A DNA stretch of 58,173 nucleotides from positions 1 to 58,173 of IMG/VR virus record IMGVR_UViG_3300029818_000003; one strand, given 5' to 3'. The stretch comes from a virus (taxonomy: Duplodnaviria; Caudoviricetes). Positions 1 to 9,380 of the stretch are shown here, in pieces (position 1 is the first letter of the stretch; each line of letters begins with the position of its first letter). The notes beneath the pieces were generated by a model. It was not told the origin of the DNA. It saw only the letters and a program-made list of their open reading frames with translations, and searched no databases. Both the position numbers and the translations under genes were made by a program.

Positions 1-74
1 ACAACACAGCTAAGTATGTAGAACTGTCTGTGGAGGACTTGCGGACGCGGGTTCGATTCCCGCCGGCTCCACCA
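1..74 (+). ncRNA. ssrA: tmRNA, 3' end (5' part outside window)
   Basis: Ends GGACGCGGGTTCGATTCCCGCCGGCTCCACCA: T-arm plus alanyl-type acceptor strand and CCA. The upstream sequence does not form a tRNA anticodon arm. Confidence 0.93.
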
Positions 75-81
75 TAATTTG

Positions 82-114
82 AAATCCCAACCCTTATCGG
101 TTGGGATTTTTTTT
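82..114 (+). terminator. Rho-independent terminator after ssrA
   Basis: AAATCCCAACC-cttatc-GGTTGGGATTT hairpin followed by a T-run. Confidence 0.8.
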
Positions 115-336
115 GCCCGGAGCGCCAGTGTTGGCGCGGTTCCGGGCCATTGCCTCGCGCGCGGCACACCCACGACTTCGCCAGTTCCTGCACTTTTTTA
201 GCCTCTCTCCTCGCTCTTTTCTCTGTTTGCCTCGCGAGCGCTTTCGACCCCATATCCAGCATTCATGCGGGTTTGCGGGGTGCGGGTTGGGAATGGCAAC
301 TGCTGTACCGGCGGCGACTGAGAACCAAGAAGGCGT

Positions 337-357
337 AAAAAAACCGCCCGGAGGCGG
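337..357 (-). terminator. Terminator of the recombinase operon
   Basis: Minus strand CCGCC-tcc-GGGCGG-TTTTTTT just after the stop of 380..853. Confidence 0.65.
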
Positions 358-379
358 CGGCTGGCACAAGGGTGTCGGT

Positions 380-853
380 TCACGCCGTGGGCGCGAGCAC
401 CCTGATCTGGTCTTTCCACACAGTGGGCCACGGGCAGCGCATCAATTGTTCCAGCGCCGTTTCCGACGTACCGACCAACTGCTCGACGACCGCCGGGGCC
501 AGCAAGGTCAGCCGCATCAGGCGGCGCACCTGCGTCACGTTGATCTCCTCGGCTTCCGCGATCTCGGCCACCGACCCCACGCGTTGCTCATCCAGCAACC
601 GCTGCCAGTGATAGGCCAGCCCGAGGGCGCGCAGCAGTGCTGTGTCTTGCACCGACTCGCGGGCCTGCCGCTCCCGGCGTGCCTCTTCCATGAATTCCTG
701 CGGCGCATCCAGCGGCGTGATGATCTGCTTCTTCAAGCCCCGCTTGACCAGCGTCCAGGGCACGAAAGTCTCCAACTGGACGCCACCTGCGGGTGACGGC
801 AATTGGTAGGTGACCGCGTCACCCTGGTACCGACCCCGGTGCTTCTTGCTCAT
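380..853 (-). CDS. Serine-recombinase accessory protein, HTH-like (paralog 2)
   Basis: ALGLAYHWQRLLDE...IAEAEEINVTQVRRLMRLTLLAP; start overlaps the stop of the upstream gene. Confidence 0.75.
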   Translation of the reverse strand: MSKKHRGRYQGDAVTYQLPSPAGGVQLETFVPWTLVKRGLKKQIITPLDAPQEFMEEARRERQARESVQDTALLRALGLAYHWQRLLDEQRVGSVAEIAEAEEINVTQVRRLMRLTLLAPAVVEQLVGTSETALEQLMRCPWPTVWKDQIRVLAPTA

Positions 854-1221
854 ACATCCTCCTTAAAGCGTTGCACGATCTGGCGTTGCGCCACCCAATC
901 TACCGGCACCGGGTTTCGCTGGAACCAGATCAGGTTCATTCGGCGCGGCTGCCTGCCGGTCATCAACAGTTCGATGATGTCGGGCGCGAGCAGGGTCAGG
1001 CGCATCAGTTCGTTGGGTACGGACGGATGCAGGCCTTCTGCACGAGCGATGTCCGACCCGCTTTCCATTGCCCCGGTATCGACCAGTTGCTGCCAGTAAA
1101 AGCCCCGCGCCAGACCTTCCAGCAGCGTCACGTCGTGGACGTGTCGGTCATCCGTGACCACACGACGTGCCCCCTTGCGGCGAAACGCCAAGGGCACGAA
1201 GGTTTCCAGTGAGTCGTCCAT
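850..1221 (-). CDS. Serine-recombinase accessory protein, HTH-like (paralog 1)
   Basis: GLARGFYWQQLVDTG...IARAEGLHPSVPNELMRLTLLAP; ATG at 1221 overlaps the recombinase TGA. Confidence 0.75.
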   Translation of the reverse strand: MDDSLETFVPLAFRRKGARRVVTDDRHVHDVTLLEGLARGFYWQQLVDTGAMESGSDIARAEGLHPSVPNELMRLTLLAPDIIELLMTGRQPRRMNLIWFQRNPVPVDWVAQRQIVQRFKEDV

Positions 1222-2609
1222 CAGGCTTCGACCTCCAGCAATTCGGCACCAATGCCGCTCGGCGCGAATTCTTCGATCAGCGCATTCCAGCCAATCTCTC
1301 GCCATTTCACCTTGATGCCCTGAACCTCACCGGTGTGGACAAGGTCGATGCGTTCGATCATCAGATTCGCAATTCGATGGCGCTCTGCCGGAAACAGTTG
1401 CTCCCACACGTCGTTCAACCGTCCCATCGCCATTACCGTGGTCGCCTCGTCAATCTGGGCCCCATTTCGCTGGATGAAGCGCACCACCGATGCAATGGAC
1501 TCCGGGCTGGTCAGCACGGTGCGGATCTGTCCGATCACCGCCGCTTCAATTTCGGGAGCAGGCAGGCGCTCGTAAGTTTTGCCCGGTGCGCCAAAGCGGC
1601 TCTCCGACTTGGACACGTAGTAGTGGTACTTGCGCCCGTTCTTGCGCGAGTAGGTCGGGTACATCCGCTCGCCCGATGGCGCGTAAAGTAGGCCGCGCAG
1701 CAGCGCATCGGTGCGCGATCTGATCTTGGTTTCCACCGACCGGGTGTGACCATCCTTGGCCAGCACCTCGTGAACACGATCCCACAGACCTTGGTCGATG
1801 ATGGCCGTGTGGACGCCGGGGAACCACTTGCCCTTGTGGGAAATCTCGCCAAGGAAGATGCGGTTGCGCAGCAGTTTGTGCAGGTACTTTTTGTCGATCT
1901 GCGTCCCGTTGCGGATCTGGCCGTCCTGCGTTGTCCATGCTTTGGTGGTGATGCCTTCGGCGGTCAGGTTGGCGGCAATTTGCGTCGGCGCGCCGATGGT
2001 CAGCATCTCCTCGAAGATGCGGCGTACCACCGCAGCCTCGGTTTCGTTGATGACCAGCAGACGATTCTCGACGTTGTAGCCCAGTGTCGGCACGCCGCCC
2101 ATCCACATGCCTTTGCGTTTTGCCGCCGCGATTTTGTCCCTGATGCGCTCGCCGGTGACTTCGCGTTCGAACTGGGCGAAGGACAGCAGCACGTTCAGCA
2201 TCAACCGCCCCATCGAGGTAGTGGTGTTGAACTGCTGGGTGACCGACACGAAGGAGACGCCGTGGCGCTCAAAAACCTCGACCATCTTGGAAAAGTCGGC
2301 AAGGCTGCGCGTGAGTCGGTCGATCTTGTAGACCACGACGATGTCGACAAGACCGCGCTGAATATCGGCCAGTAAGCGTTTCAGCCCGGGGCGATCCGTG
2401 TTGCCCCCGGAAAATCCGGGGTCGTCGTAGTCGTCGGCTACCGGAATCCAGCCCTCGGCACGCTGGCTGGCAACGTAGGCGTGGCCAGCTTCCCTCTGGG
2501 CATCGATGGAGTTGAATTCCTGATCCAGTCGTTCGTCTGATGACACCCGGCAGTAGACTGCGCAACGTTTGCGGGGCTTGCTGCTGGCGATTTGCACAGG
2601 GTCGTTCAT
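1221..2609 (-). CDS. Large serine recombinase (integrase)
   Basis: YCRVS catalytic motif, D-GFSG...RPGL, VYKIDRLTRS, AQFEREVTGER, PTLGY recombinase domain. Confidence 0.95.
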   Translation of the reverse strand: MNDPVQIASSKPRKRCAVYCRVSSDERLDQEFNSIDAQREAGHAYVASQRAEGWIPVADDYDDPGFSGGNTDRPGLKRLLADIQRGLVDIVVVYKIDRLTRSLADFSKMVEVFERHGVSFVSVTQQFNTTTSMGRLMLNVLLSFAQFEREVTGERIRDKIAAAKRKGMWMGGVPTLGYNVENRLLVINETEAAVVRRIFEEMLTIGAPTQIAANLTAEGITTKAWTTQDGQIRNGTQIDKKYLHKLLRNRIFLGEISHKGKWFPGVHTAIIDQGLWDRVHEVLAKDGHTRSVETKIRSRTDALLRGLLYAPSGERMYPTYSRKNGRKYHYYVSKSESRFGAPGKTYERLPAPEIEAAVIGQIRTVLTSPESIASVVRFIQRNGAQIDEATTVMAMGRLNDVWEQLFPAERHRIANLMIERIDLVHTGEVQGIKVKWREIGWNALIEEFAPSGIGAELLEVEA

Positions 2610-3055
2610 TTCGCACCGCCTTTCGCCAAGCCAAAGAACAAGGGCCCAGACCAGCGCGCGCCGGTGATGTACCGCGCCACTGCGGTCAGACTCTTGAATG
2701 GGCGGCCCTCGTATTCAAACTGGCCAGTGGCAGACACTGTGACTTTGTGTTCCCGCTCGCCCCATTCGCGCAGCAACACCGTGCCCGGCGCAAAGTTGAA
2801 CTCGCGGGGCTTGGCACGCTGCTTGATCTTGGAATGCTTCGCGCCAATGGCCTCCAGCCGCTGGCGGGTGGCGACAGCGAGGCCACCGAATGCATCCTCC
2901 TGCAGTTTGTAAGCGACGCGGGATTCAACGTGAGTGCGGTTTGGATAAGCCGGTCGGCGGGTGAAGTACCGATCCCACAGTGTCCAGAGTTCGGCCATCG
3001 GCAGGCACGACAGGTCGGAGATGCGCGCGGCGATGGATGCTTGTTTTTCGTTCAT
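2606..3055 (-). CDS. DUF2924-family protein
   Basis: AYKLQEDAFGGL, GTVLLREW, FEYEGRPFKSLTAVARYITGARWSGPLFFGL; start at MNEKQ; overlaps the recombinase start. Confidence 0.85.
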   Translation of the reverse strand: MNEKQASIAARISDLSCLPMAELWTLWDRYFTRRPAYPNRTHVESRVAYKLQEDAFGGLAVATRQRLEAIGAKHSKIKQRAKPREFNFAPGTVLLREWGEREHKVTVSATGQFEYEGRPFKSLTAVARYITGARWSGPLFFGLAKGGAK

Positions 3056-3246
3056 GACAACCTCTTTTCTTGATAAGGGGTTGTATGAACGCGCTGGTCG
3101 GGCAGTAAGCCAAGGCCAACATCTCTCTGTTTGACGGCCTGCGCAAGCTGGGTGCGGACGATGGCGGCCGCAAGGATTGTCGTGATCTCGGCAGCGCGGG
3201 CGCTGGCCGACATCTCTGACGGAGGATTGATTTCGATGTTGTTCAT
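3052..3246 (-). CDS. Small hypothetical protein, first gene of the recombinase operon
   Basis: GGAG RBS before MNNIEIN; stop overlaps the DUF2924 start. Confidence 0.6.
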   Translation of the reverse strand: MNNIEINPPSEMSASARAAEITTILAAAIVRTQLAQAVKQRDVGLGLLPDQRVHTTPYQEKRLS

Positions 3247-3374
3247 GACGGCTCCGGGGAATAGCAACTGTCATGAATATTGAGCGCGATCCTCCGAAGA
3301 GGATGGCAACGCAGGGTAATCGCGGTCATTTCTTGCGGTCGCAGTGATTCGTAGATTGCGCGTTAACAAAACAG

Positions 3375-3403
3375 TTGACGGTCGTGGTTGTTGTCTTTAT
3401 GAT
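3375..3403 (+). promoter_or_regulatory. Sigma70-type promoter for XRE/ImmA
   Basis: TTGACG-17 bp-TATGAT. Confidence 0.75.
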
Positions 3404-3439
3404 TGAGTCAATTAACTAATCACGCAACTGGGTTACATC

Positions 3440-3718
3440 ATGGGTTTTGGAACCTACATCAGACAAAAACGGGACGCGAAGGGTATTGCGATGAACGACT
3501 TCGCGCGCCAACTCGACATCTCACCGGCCTACTGGTCGCGCATTGAGCGCGAGATGGAAAAGCCGCCCAAGGACGAACTGATCCGCAAAGCCGCAGAAAT
3601 TCTTGGTGAGAACCCCGACGAGGCCTTCATCGAAGCCAGTCGCCTCCCGCCGGACATGCGAGAGGACGTGGGCGATATCGTTCGGATGTATCGCAAACGC
3701 GCGACGGGAGAGAAATGA
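3440..3718 (+). CDS. XRE-family HTH repressor
   Basis: FGTYIRQKR...MNDFARQLDISPAYWSRIERE. Confidence 0.9.
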   Translation: MGFGTYIRQKRDAKGIAMNDFARQLDISPAYWSRIEREMEKPPKDELIRKAAEILGENPDEAFIEASRLPPDMREDVGDIVRMYRKRATGEK

Positions 3719-4552
3719 ATGCCGGAGTTGACTCTCGCCTACCGGTGCTGCGACCGGAAACTCCCTCGCTACATCAAACATTCTGAAGTCGAAGGCATTG
3801 CAGTGCTGGCTCGCCAGCAACTGGTTGATGCCAACACCGATGCCATCTCGCTGTCAGTGTTGCGCGACATCAGCAGCCTGAAAATCAACGGCATCCGGTT
3901 CGACTTGTGGGTCGACACCGAGCACGCCGTCAACGACGACGAGGGAAACCCGGTACTGGGTGTTTGCGAGTTTGATCCTGCGGCATCAATGGATGCCACA
4001 GTACTGTCAGTGTCTCCTGTCAGTGAAACAACAACTGAAGAGCTGGTACTCAGCACTTTTGCCCACGAGCTTGGCCACGCCATTTTTGATGCCCCGAGCT
4101 GGATTGCCGCTGCTGCTCAAGGCCCCGGCCTGTTTGACGACCCTTCGGAGCTTGCACGTAAGGCCTACCGAACCGAGACTCGTGACGCCGAGCACTTGGC
4201 AAAACAGCCAGAACCAAGCGCAGTCCGTAACAGCGAGCTTGAGCGCAATGTCCATTTTGCCGAGCTGCGCGCCAACGAATTCATGGGATCACTGCTTGTG
4301 CCGCGACAGCATTTGTACCGCGCGGTAGAGACACTGGCACCAAAGCATGGTGTGACGATCCACCGTAGTCCATCGATTGATCCGGAGTTGCCCGGCACCA
4401 CGATGCGGCTGACCGCCGATGGTGACATTGGCTTCTTCGACATGGAGTGTTTGCAGAAGGCCTTGGCAAAACGCTTCGGCGTTCACCGGCGATTCATCCA
4501 GGTTCGGATGGAACGTTACGGCCTTCTGACATCGGGGGCAGGTATCGCTTGA
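3719..4552 (+). CDS. ImmA/IrrE-family metallopeptidase (anti-repressor protease)
   Basis: TFAHELGH (HExxH) and ELRANEFMGSLLVP; directly abuts the XRE gene. Confidence 0.88.
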   Translation: MPELTLAYRCCDRKLPRYIKHSEVEGIAVLARQQLVDANTDAISLSVLRDISSLKINGIRFDLWVDTEHAVNDDEGNPVLGVCEFDPAASMDATVLSVSPVSETTTEELVLSTFAHELGHAIFDAPSWIAAAAQGPGLFDDPSELARKAYRTETRDAEHLAKQPEPSAVRNSELERNVHFAELRANEFMGSLLVPRQHLYRAVETLAPKHGVTIHRSPSIDPELPGTTMRLTADGDIGFFDMECLQKALAKRFGVHRRFIQVRMERYGLLTSGAGIA

Positions 4553-4571
4553 TCCTTGCTCTCACTTAGCC

Positions 4572-4595
4572 GCCGACTTCGTGTCGGCATTTTTT
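4572..4595 (+). terminator. Terminator after ImmA
   Basis: GCCGAC-ttcgt-GTCGGC-ATTTTTT. Confidence 0.65.
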
Positions 4596-4651
4596 GAAAC
4601 CTGCAATTAACCGTTCGCGCAATCGCGCACTTCATTCAGCAAAGGAATTTC

Positions 4652-6088
4652 ATGATGACGGCAGTCGAACAAAACAACATCGCAAAACAAAAAGAGTCGG
4701 CTGCAGATCAGCAGACATCAAAGAAAGCGCGCAACCGGCAATCGGACGATGGCCCCGATGTCCTCCCCTGCATGGAGCATTTCGTCACCCTGGCCCGCAA
4801 GGTGAAACGACCGGCACTCATCTTGACTTTGGTCGAGCGCGCCGCCGACACCACGCTGCCTGAAATTGCGGCGCTGGACGAGGTCGCAAAGGGGGTGCTG
4901 CCGATTCCAGCGCGCAAGGCGCTGTTTCACGTCGTGGCCAAACTCATGCCCGATAAACAGCAGCGCATCGAGCGTGCGGCTGAACTGGTGGTACTGCTGG
5001 ACGATGAGTACGGCGCGCAGGCCGTCCAGTCCTTGCTCGAGGAAAAGAATGATGGCGACGCGGCGGTACTCGTTGCGCCAACCGACAGGTACAGCCGCGC
5101 GCTGCACCTGCATCTTCTCCAGGAATTTCCATCGGACGGCGTCAAGGCCGAACACCGCTTTGAGCACGCCGAGCGCCTGCAAGTGATGCATCGGCAGTGG
5201 AAGAGCGAAAACTTCTCCAGCCATTACCTCGGGCCAAAAGGCATCGAGCCGAAGGTCGACGTCGACGTGCAAGATGTCCTGCGCACCCGGATCGCAGCCC
5301 TCTATCCGAAGGTGGCCGCCGACCAGATTCTCATCGAGCAATTCACGCGCCGCGATCTTGCTCATGCGGATCGCTGTGGCGGGGAGGAAGCAGACGACTC
5401 GACGCCAGTGCTGTTGCATACGCTCACCGCGACCTTCAATGGCTCGACGGCACATTTCAAACAAGTCGCCGATGGTGAAGTGATTGACCACGAAGAACCC
5501 GCTGCCATGTCGGCCATCTTCTCGTGGGAACCCGGCACGGGTGCGCTTGGCGTGTTCTGCGAGGACAAGGAATCGCGCCGTGACCTGGCCACCATCTTCC
5601 GTGATGTCGTACTGGCCTGCGAGGGGGCGATCAACGACATGCCAATGCGTGAGTTCGATCTGCTGGGCTTCTCCACACACGCCATGCTCAAGCGCCTTGA
5701 ACAGCATCTCGTCGATGGCGTGGAGAAGATCTCGATCCTGCAAGTGAAAATCGCGCGCCCCTTCGAGCAAAACACCATCGACGAAGCCAACGGGCGCGAC
5801 ATTGTCCAGCACCTGTCGAGCACGCTAATGATTGGTCGGGATCGGCGCGATAGCCGTCACATCTACCAAGTCGCCTATGACGATTACGGATTGGATGATC
5901 TTACTGGTTATGCCTTGTCACAGGTAAAGCTGGTTTTTCGGATGGCAAAGCAACCGCACCGCAAAGCCCACAACGTGGCCGTCCAGATCACGTCGCCCAA
6001 CGGCCTGAATGACAAGAGCAAGACCGAGGATGACCGCAAGCGCGTGGTAGAGCAATTGGCGCGGCTCGGCGTTCTGTGTGAATTCTGA
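4652..6088 (+). CDS. Hypothetical protein, 478 aa
   Basis: Long ORF with AAGGA RBS; no motif I recognise. Confidence 0.8.
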   Translation: MMTAVEQNNIAKQKESAADQQTSKKARNRQSDDGPDVLPCMEHFVTLARKVKRPALILTLVERAADTTLPEIAALDEVAKGVLPIPARKALFHVVAKLMPDKQQRIERAAELVVLLDDEYGAQAVQSLLEEKNDGDAAVLVAPTDRYSRALHLHLLQEFPSDGVKAEHRFEHAERLQVMHRQWKSENFSSHYLGPKGIEPKVDVDVQDVLRTRIAALYPKVAADQILIEQFTRRDLAHADRCGGEEADDSTPVLLHTLTATFNGSTAHFKQVADGEVIDHEEPAAMSAIFSWEPGTGALGVFCEDKESRRDLATIFRDVVLACEGAINDMPMREFDLLGFSTHAMLKRLEQHLVDGVEKISILQVKIARPFEQNTIDEANGRDIVQHLSSTLMIGRDRRDSRHIYQVAYDDYGLDDLTGYALSQVKLVFRMAKQPHRKAHNVAVQITSPNGLNDKSKTEDDRKRVVEQLARLGVLCEF

Positions 6089-6098
6089 GGAGCACGCC

Positions 6099-7031
6099 AT
6101 GTCTGCATATTTGGAATATTTCAACACTCTTGAGCGCGTGCGCAGCGTCGAGCCTCGTGTGATTGCCACCACCGTCGGCCACCACCGAGCCGAATTTGTT
6201 CGCCGTCGGTGGGTGGTTGAGGATGGCTACTTGACCCGTGTGATGGTGCCTTTCCTCGATTCGGAGGAAGAGGTGGAAGCCGATATCGACGAGGACGCTG
6301 GCGTGTTCCGATACCGGAGCCCTCAACAGCGATCTCGAATCGTCACGCGCCCGCTCTCTGACATCGTGCTTTACGCACTGCGCATTGATACGTGGCTCAC
6401 CGATCTGTGCAGTCTGATCGGCATAGAGCCACGACAGCTATCGCAACGGCGTACCCGGGTACCAGACCACCTCTGGCACCTCGGTAATGCGCGAATCGCT
6501 GGTACCCACGATTTCGCGCCGGTGTTTGTCGGGCGTCTATGGGAGCGCGCACCGGCCGCAGAAACGACTCCAGTGCTGTGCGACACGGCGTGGCCTCGCG
6601 GTGGTGTGCTCCTGCGGCATCGACCGAGCAGCGACAGCCTTCCTCGTGACCACGTCATGCGCAGCCTGATCGATTTCATTCGCGTGGAAGACGGGCAGGA
6701 CGTTTTCGACGCGAGCGCCTTCGACCGGGTTTTGCGTGGATTCGTGACCTCCAATGGCGACGCTGAACCTGAACAGTTTTTGCAAGGTACACGAGTGAAG
6801 CTGCCTCACTTCGAGAAGTCGCGTCTGGTGAGCGATACGCGTGCAGCCATCCTCAAGTTCATGTGGGGCGTGGAAGGCAAGACGCCACCGGCGATGAAGT
6901 GGGCCGAGGTCAAGTCGAAAGTGGATTGCGGCTATCGCTCATTCGATGAAGCCTTTGGCGACAAGGCCACCCGCGAGGAATACCTCCTTTTGGTCAAGGC
7001 TGGCGGCCACTACCAAGTTCGACGCCAATAA
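6099..7031 (+). CDS. Hypothetical protein, possible C-terminal winged helix
   Basis: GAGGAG RBS before ATG 6099; the C-terminus (RAAILKFMW...LLLVKAGGHYQV) resembles a wHTH. Confidence 0.75.
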   Translation: MSAYLEYFNTLERVRSVEPRVIATTVGHHRAEFVRRRWVVEDGYLTRVMVPFLDSEEEVEADIDEDAGVFRYRSPQQRSRIVTRPLSDIVLYALRIDTWLTDLCSLIGIEPRQLSQRRTRVPDHLWHLGNARIAGTHDFAPVFVGRLWERAPAAETTPVLCDTAWPRGGVLLRHRPSSDSLPRDHVMRSLIDFIRVEDGQDVFDASAFDRVLRGFVTSNGDAEPEQFLQGTRVKLPHFEKSRLVSDTRAAILKFMWGVEGKTPPAMKWAEVKSKVDCGYRSFDEAFGDKATREEYLLLVKAGGHYQVRRQ

Positions 7032-7126
7032 CAATCCGTAAGTTTTTCCGTATGTCGGCCCGGACTCAGGCCGTAAATCCATGCGGAAACTTCGATGTGC
7101 CCATTTCATAAAGGAGGCACATCGAA

Positions 7127-7390
7127 ATGCAAAACCAAGTCCCATCAGTTGAATCCGGTCGGTCACACCGCCGGAACATTCGAGACGGTGCCACGCGCAT
7201 CGCCATCGATGAAAACGAGCTCGCCACCCGCTGGGGGCTCTCCGTCAAAACTCTGCGCCGCTGGCGGCAAGAGTCCTTGGGCCCAGTCTTCTGCAAGCTG
7301 GGAGCCCGTGTCACCTACCTGATCTCCGAAGTCGAAGCCTTCGAGCGACGCGTTTCGCGCTACTCGACCTTCGCTCGGGCATACCAGTAA
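7127..7390 (+). CDS. Excisionase/AlpA-like small HTH DNA-binding protein
   Basis: IDENELATRWGLSVKTLRRWR...GPVFCKLGARVTY. Confidence 0.85.
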   Translation: MQNQVPSVESGRSHRRNIRDGATRIAIDENELATRWGLSVKTLRRWRQESLGPVFCKLGARVTYLISEVEAFERRVSRYSTFARAYQ

Positions 7391-7400
7391 GGGGGCGGCC

Positions 7401-7883
7401 ATGAGCGATCTGACCGTATTCCCCGCTGATCTCGCCGAAATGTCGGTGAGCCAACTGGCCAACCTGCCGCCTGCCCAGCTGGCTGAAGCTGACGCCAACC
7501 TCGATCATCTGATCGATTGGGCCAAGAAAACGCGCACCAAACTTGATGCCGCGTTGGATCAACGTTTCGGCGACCAAGGCCGCACCGCACTGCGCGACTC
7601 CGGTCGTGACTTCGGCACAGCCCACATCAGCGATGGCCCGCTGCACATCAAGTTTGAGCAGCCCAAGAAGGTCAGCTGGAACCAGAAGCAGTTGGCCGAG
7701 ATTGCCGAACGAATTGTGTCCTCCGGCGAGAAGGTCGAAGGCTACATCGACGTCAAGCTGGCCGTATCCGAGTCGCGGTACACCAACTGGCCTCCGGCGC
7801 TGCAGCAGCAGTTCGCTGCCGCGCGCACGGTCGAACCCGGCAAGCCCTCGTTCACGCTGACCATCGAGGGGGACGCACCATGA
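7401..7883 (+). CDS. Phage hypothetical protein of the recombination module
   Basis: RBS present; translationally coupled to the downstream ATPase. Confidence 0.75.
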   Translation: MSDLTVFPADLAEMSVSQLANLPPAQLAEADANLDHLIDWAKKTRTKLDAALDQRFGDQGRTALRDSGRDFGTAHISDGPLHIKFEQPKKVSWNQKQLAEIAERIVSSGEKVEGYIDVKLAVSESRYTNWPPALQQQFAAARTVEPGKPSFTLTIEGDAP

Positions 7884-8725
7884 AAAAGCTCCCCATCGTG
7901 TCCGCTGTCGAACGCATGGCCGAACGCAAGGGCGTCAAGCTCCTGCTGCTGGGCAAATCCGGTATCGGCAAAACCACCCGCCTCAAAGACCTCGACCCCG
8001 CCACCACGCTGTTTCTCGACATCGAGGCGGGCGATCTGTCCGTGGCGGATTGGCCGGGCGACACCATCCGTCCGGCGTCCTGGCCGGAGAGCCGCGACTT
8101 CTTCGTGTTCCTCGCAGGCCCGGACAAGTCCTTGCCAGCCGAGAGCGCGTTTTCGCAGGCGCATTACGACCACGTCATCGAGAAGTTTGGCGATGCCACG
8201 CAACTGGATCGTTACCAGACCTTCTTCCTGGATTCGATCACGCAGTTGTCGCGCCAGTGCTTCGCGTGGTGCAAGGCCCAACCGGGTGCGGTCAGCGACC
8301 GTTCCGGCAAGCCCGATCTGCGCGCGGCCTACGGACTGCTCGGGCAGGAAATGATTGGTGCCTTGACCCACCTGCAACACGCCCGGGGCAAGAACGTGAT
8401 CTTCGTGGCGATCCTCGACGAACGCTTGGATGACTTCAATCGGAAGGTGTTCGTGCCGCAGATCGAGGGCAGCAAAACCAGCCTTGAGCTGCCCGGGATC
8501 GTCGACGAGGTCGTGACGCTGGCCGAGCTCAAGGCCGATGACGGCAGTTCGTATCGCGCCTTCGTCACCCACACCGTCAATCCCTACGGTTTCCCCGCCA
8601 AAGACCGCAGCGGTCGCCTCGACGTGCTGGAGCCGCCGCATCTCGGCGCGCTGATCGCCAAGTGCGCCAGCAGCGCTTCCACGTCCGGCACCACCGCCCA
8701 AACCCATACCGAATCCAAGGAGTAA
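7880..8725 (+). CDS. AAA_24 / Sak4-like ATPase (annealase-type)
   Basis: Walker A GKSGIGKT, LDIEAG, FFLDSIT, AKDRSG. Confidence 0.85.
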   Translation: MKKLPIVSAVERMAERKGVKLLLLGKSGIGKTTRLKDLDPATTLFLDIEAGDLSVADWPGDTIRPASWPESRDFFVFLAGPDKSLPAESAFSQAHYDHVIEKFGDATQLDRYQTFFLDSITQLSRQCFAWCKAQPGAVSDRSGKPDLRAAYGLLGQEMIGALTHLQHARGKNVIFVAILDERLDDFNRKVFVPQIEGSKTSLELPGIVDEVVTLAELKADDGSSYRAFVTHTVNPYGFPAKDRSGRLDVLEPPHLGALIAKCASSASTSGTTAQTHTESKE

Positions 8726-8730
8726 TCGCA

Positions 8731-9369
8731 ATGACCGCCAATGCATGGAATGACTTTAATGACGCCGACTCGCAGCAGTCCGGTTTCGACCTGATCCCCA
8801 AGGGCACCGTCGTGCCAGTGCGCATGACCATCAAACCCGGTGGTTACGACGATCCCGAACAAGGCTGGGGCGGCGGCTACGCCACCGAATCCTTCGACAC
8901 CGGTTCGATCTACCTCTCTGCCGAATTTGTGGTCACCGACGGTGAGCATGTCAAACGCAAGATGTGGAGCAACATCGGCCTGCTGTCCAAGAAGGGGCCG
9001 ACCTGGGGCCAGATGGGACGCAGCTTCATCCGCGCTGCGCTCAATAGTGCCCGCAATATCCATCCGCAGGACAACACACCGCAGGCCGCCGCCGCACGCC
9101 GCATCCAGGGCTTTCACGAACTGGATGGGATCGAAATCATCGTTCGCGTTGATATCGAAAAGGACGCGAAGGGTGCGGATCGCAATGTGGTCAAGGTGGC
9201 GGTCGAGCCTGACCACGCCGACTACGCCAAGTTGAAGGGTGTCGCGGCCAAGGCCAACACCGGCGGTGGCAACTCTGGCGCTCCCGCACAGGCGGCACCT
9301 GTTTATCAGGCTCCCGCTGCTGCTCCACAACGCGCACCCGTGACGGGCAAACCGTCATGGGCGCAGTGA
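8731..9369 (+). CDS. SSB-like protein (DUF669-like)
   Basis: FDLIPKG N-terminus, low-complexity linker, KPSWAQ tail; follows the Sak4-like ATPase. Confidence 0.7.
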   Translation: MTANAWNDFNDADSQQSGFDLIPKGTVVPVRMTIKPGGYDDPEQGWGGGYATESFDTGSIYLSAEFVVTDGEHVKRKMWSNIGLLSKKGPTWGQMGRSFIRAALNSARNIHPQDNTPQAAAARRIQGFHELDGIEIIVRVDIEKDAKGADRNVVKVAVEPDHADYAKLKGVAAKANTGGGNSGAPAQAAPVYQAPAAAPQRAPVTGKPSWAQ

Positions 9370-9380
9370 GGAGGATGGCC

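Noticed and set aside
94-796. ORFs 94..369 and 101..796
   Set aside because: They overlap terminator/att DNA or the opposite-strand accessory gene and have no motifs
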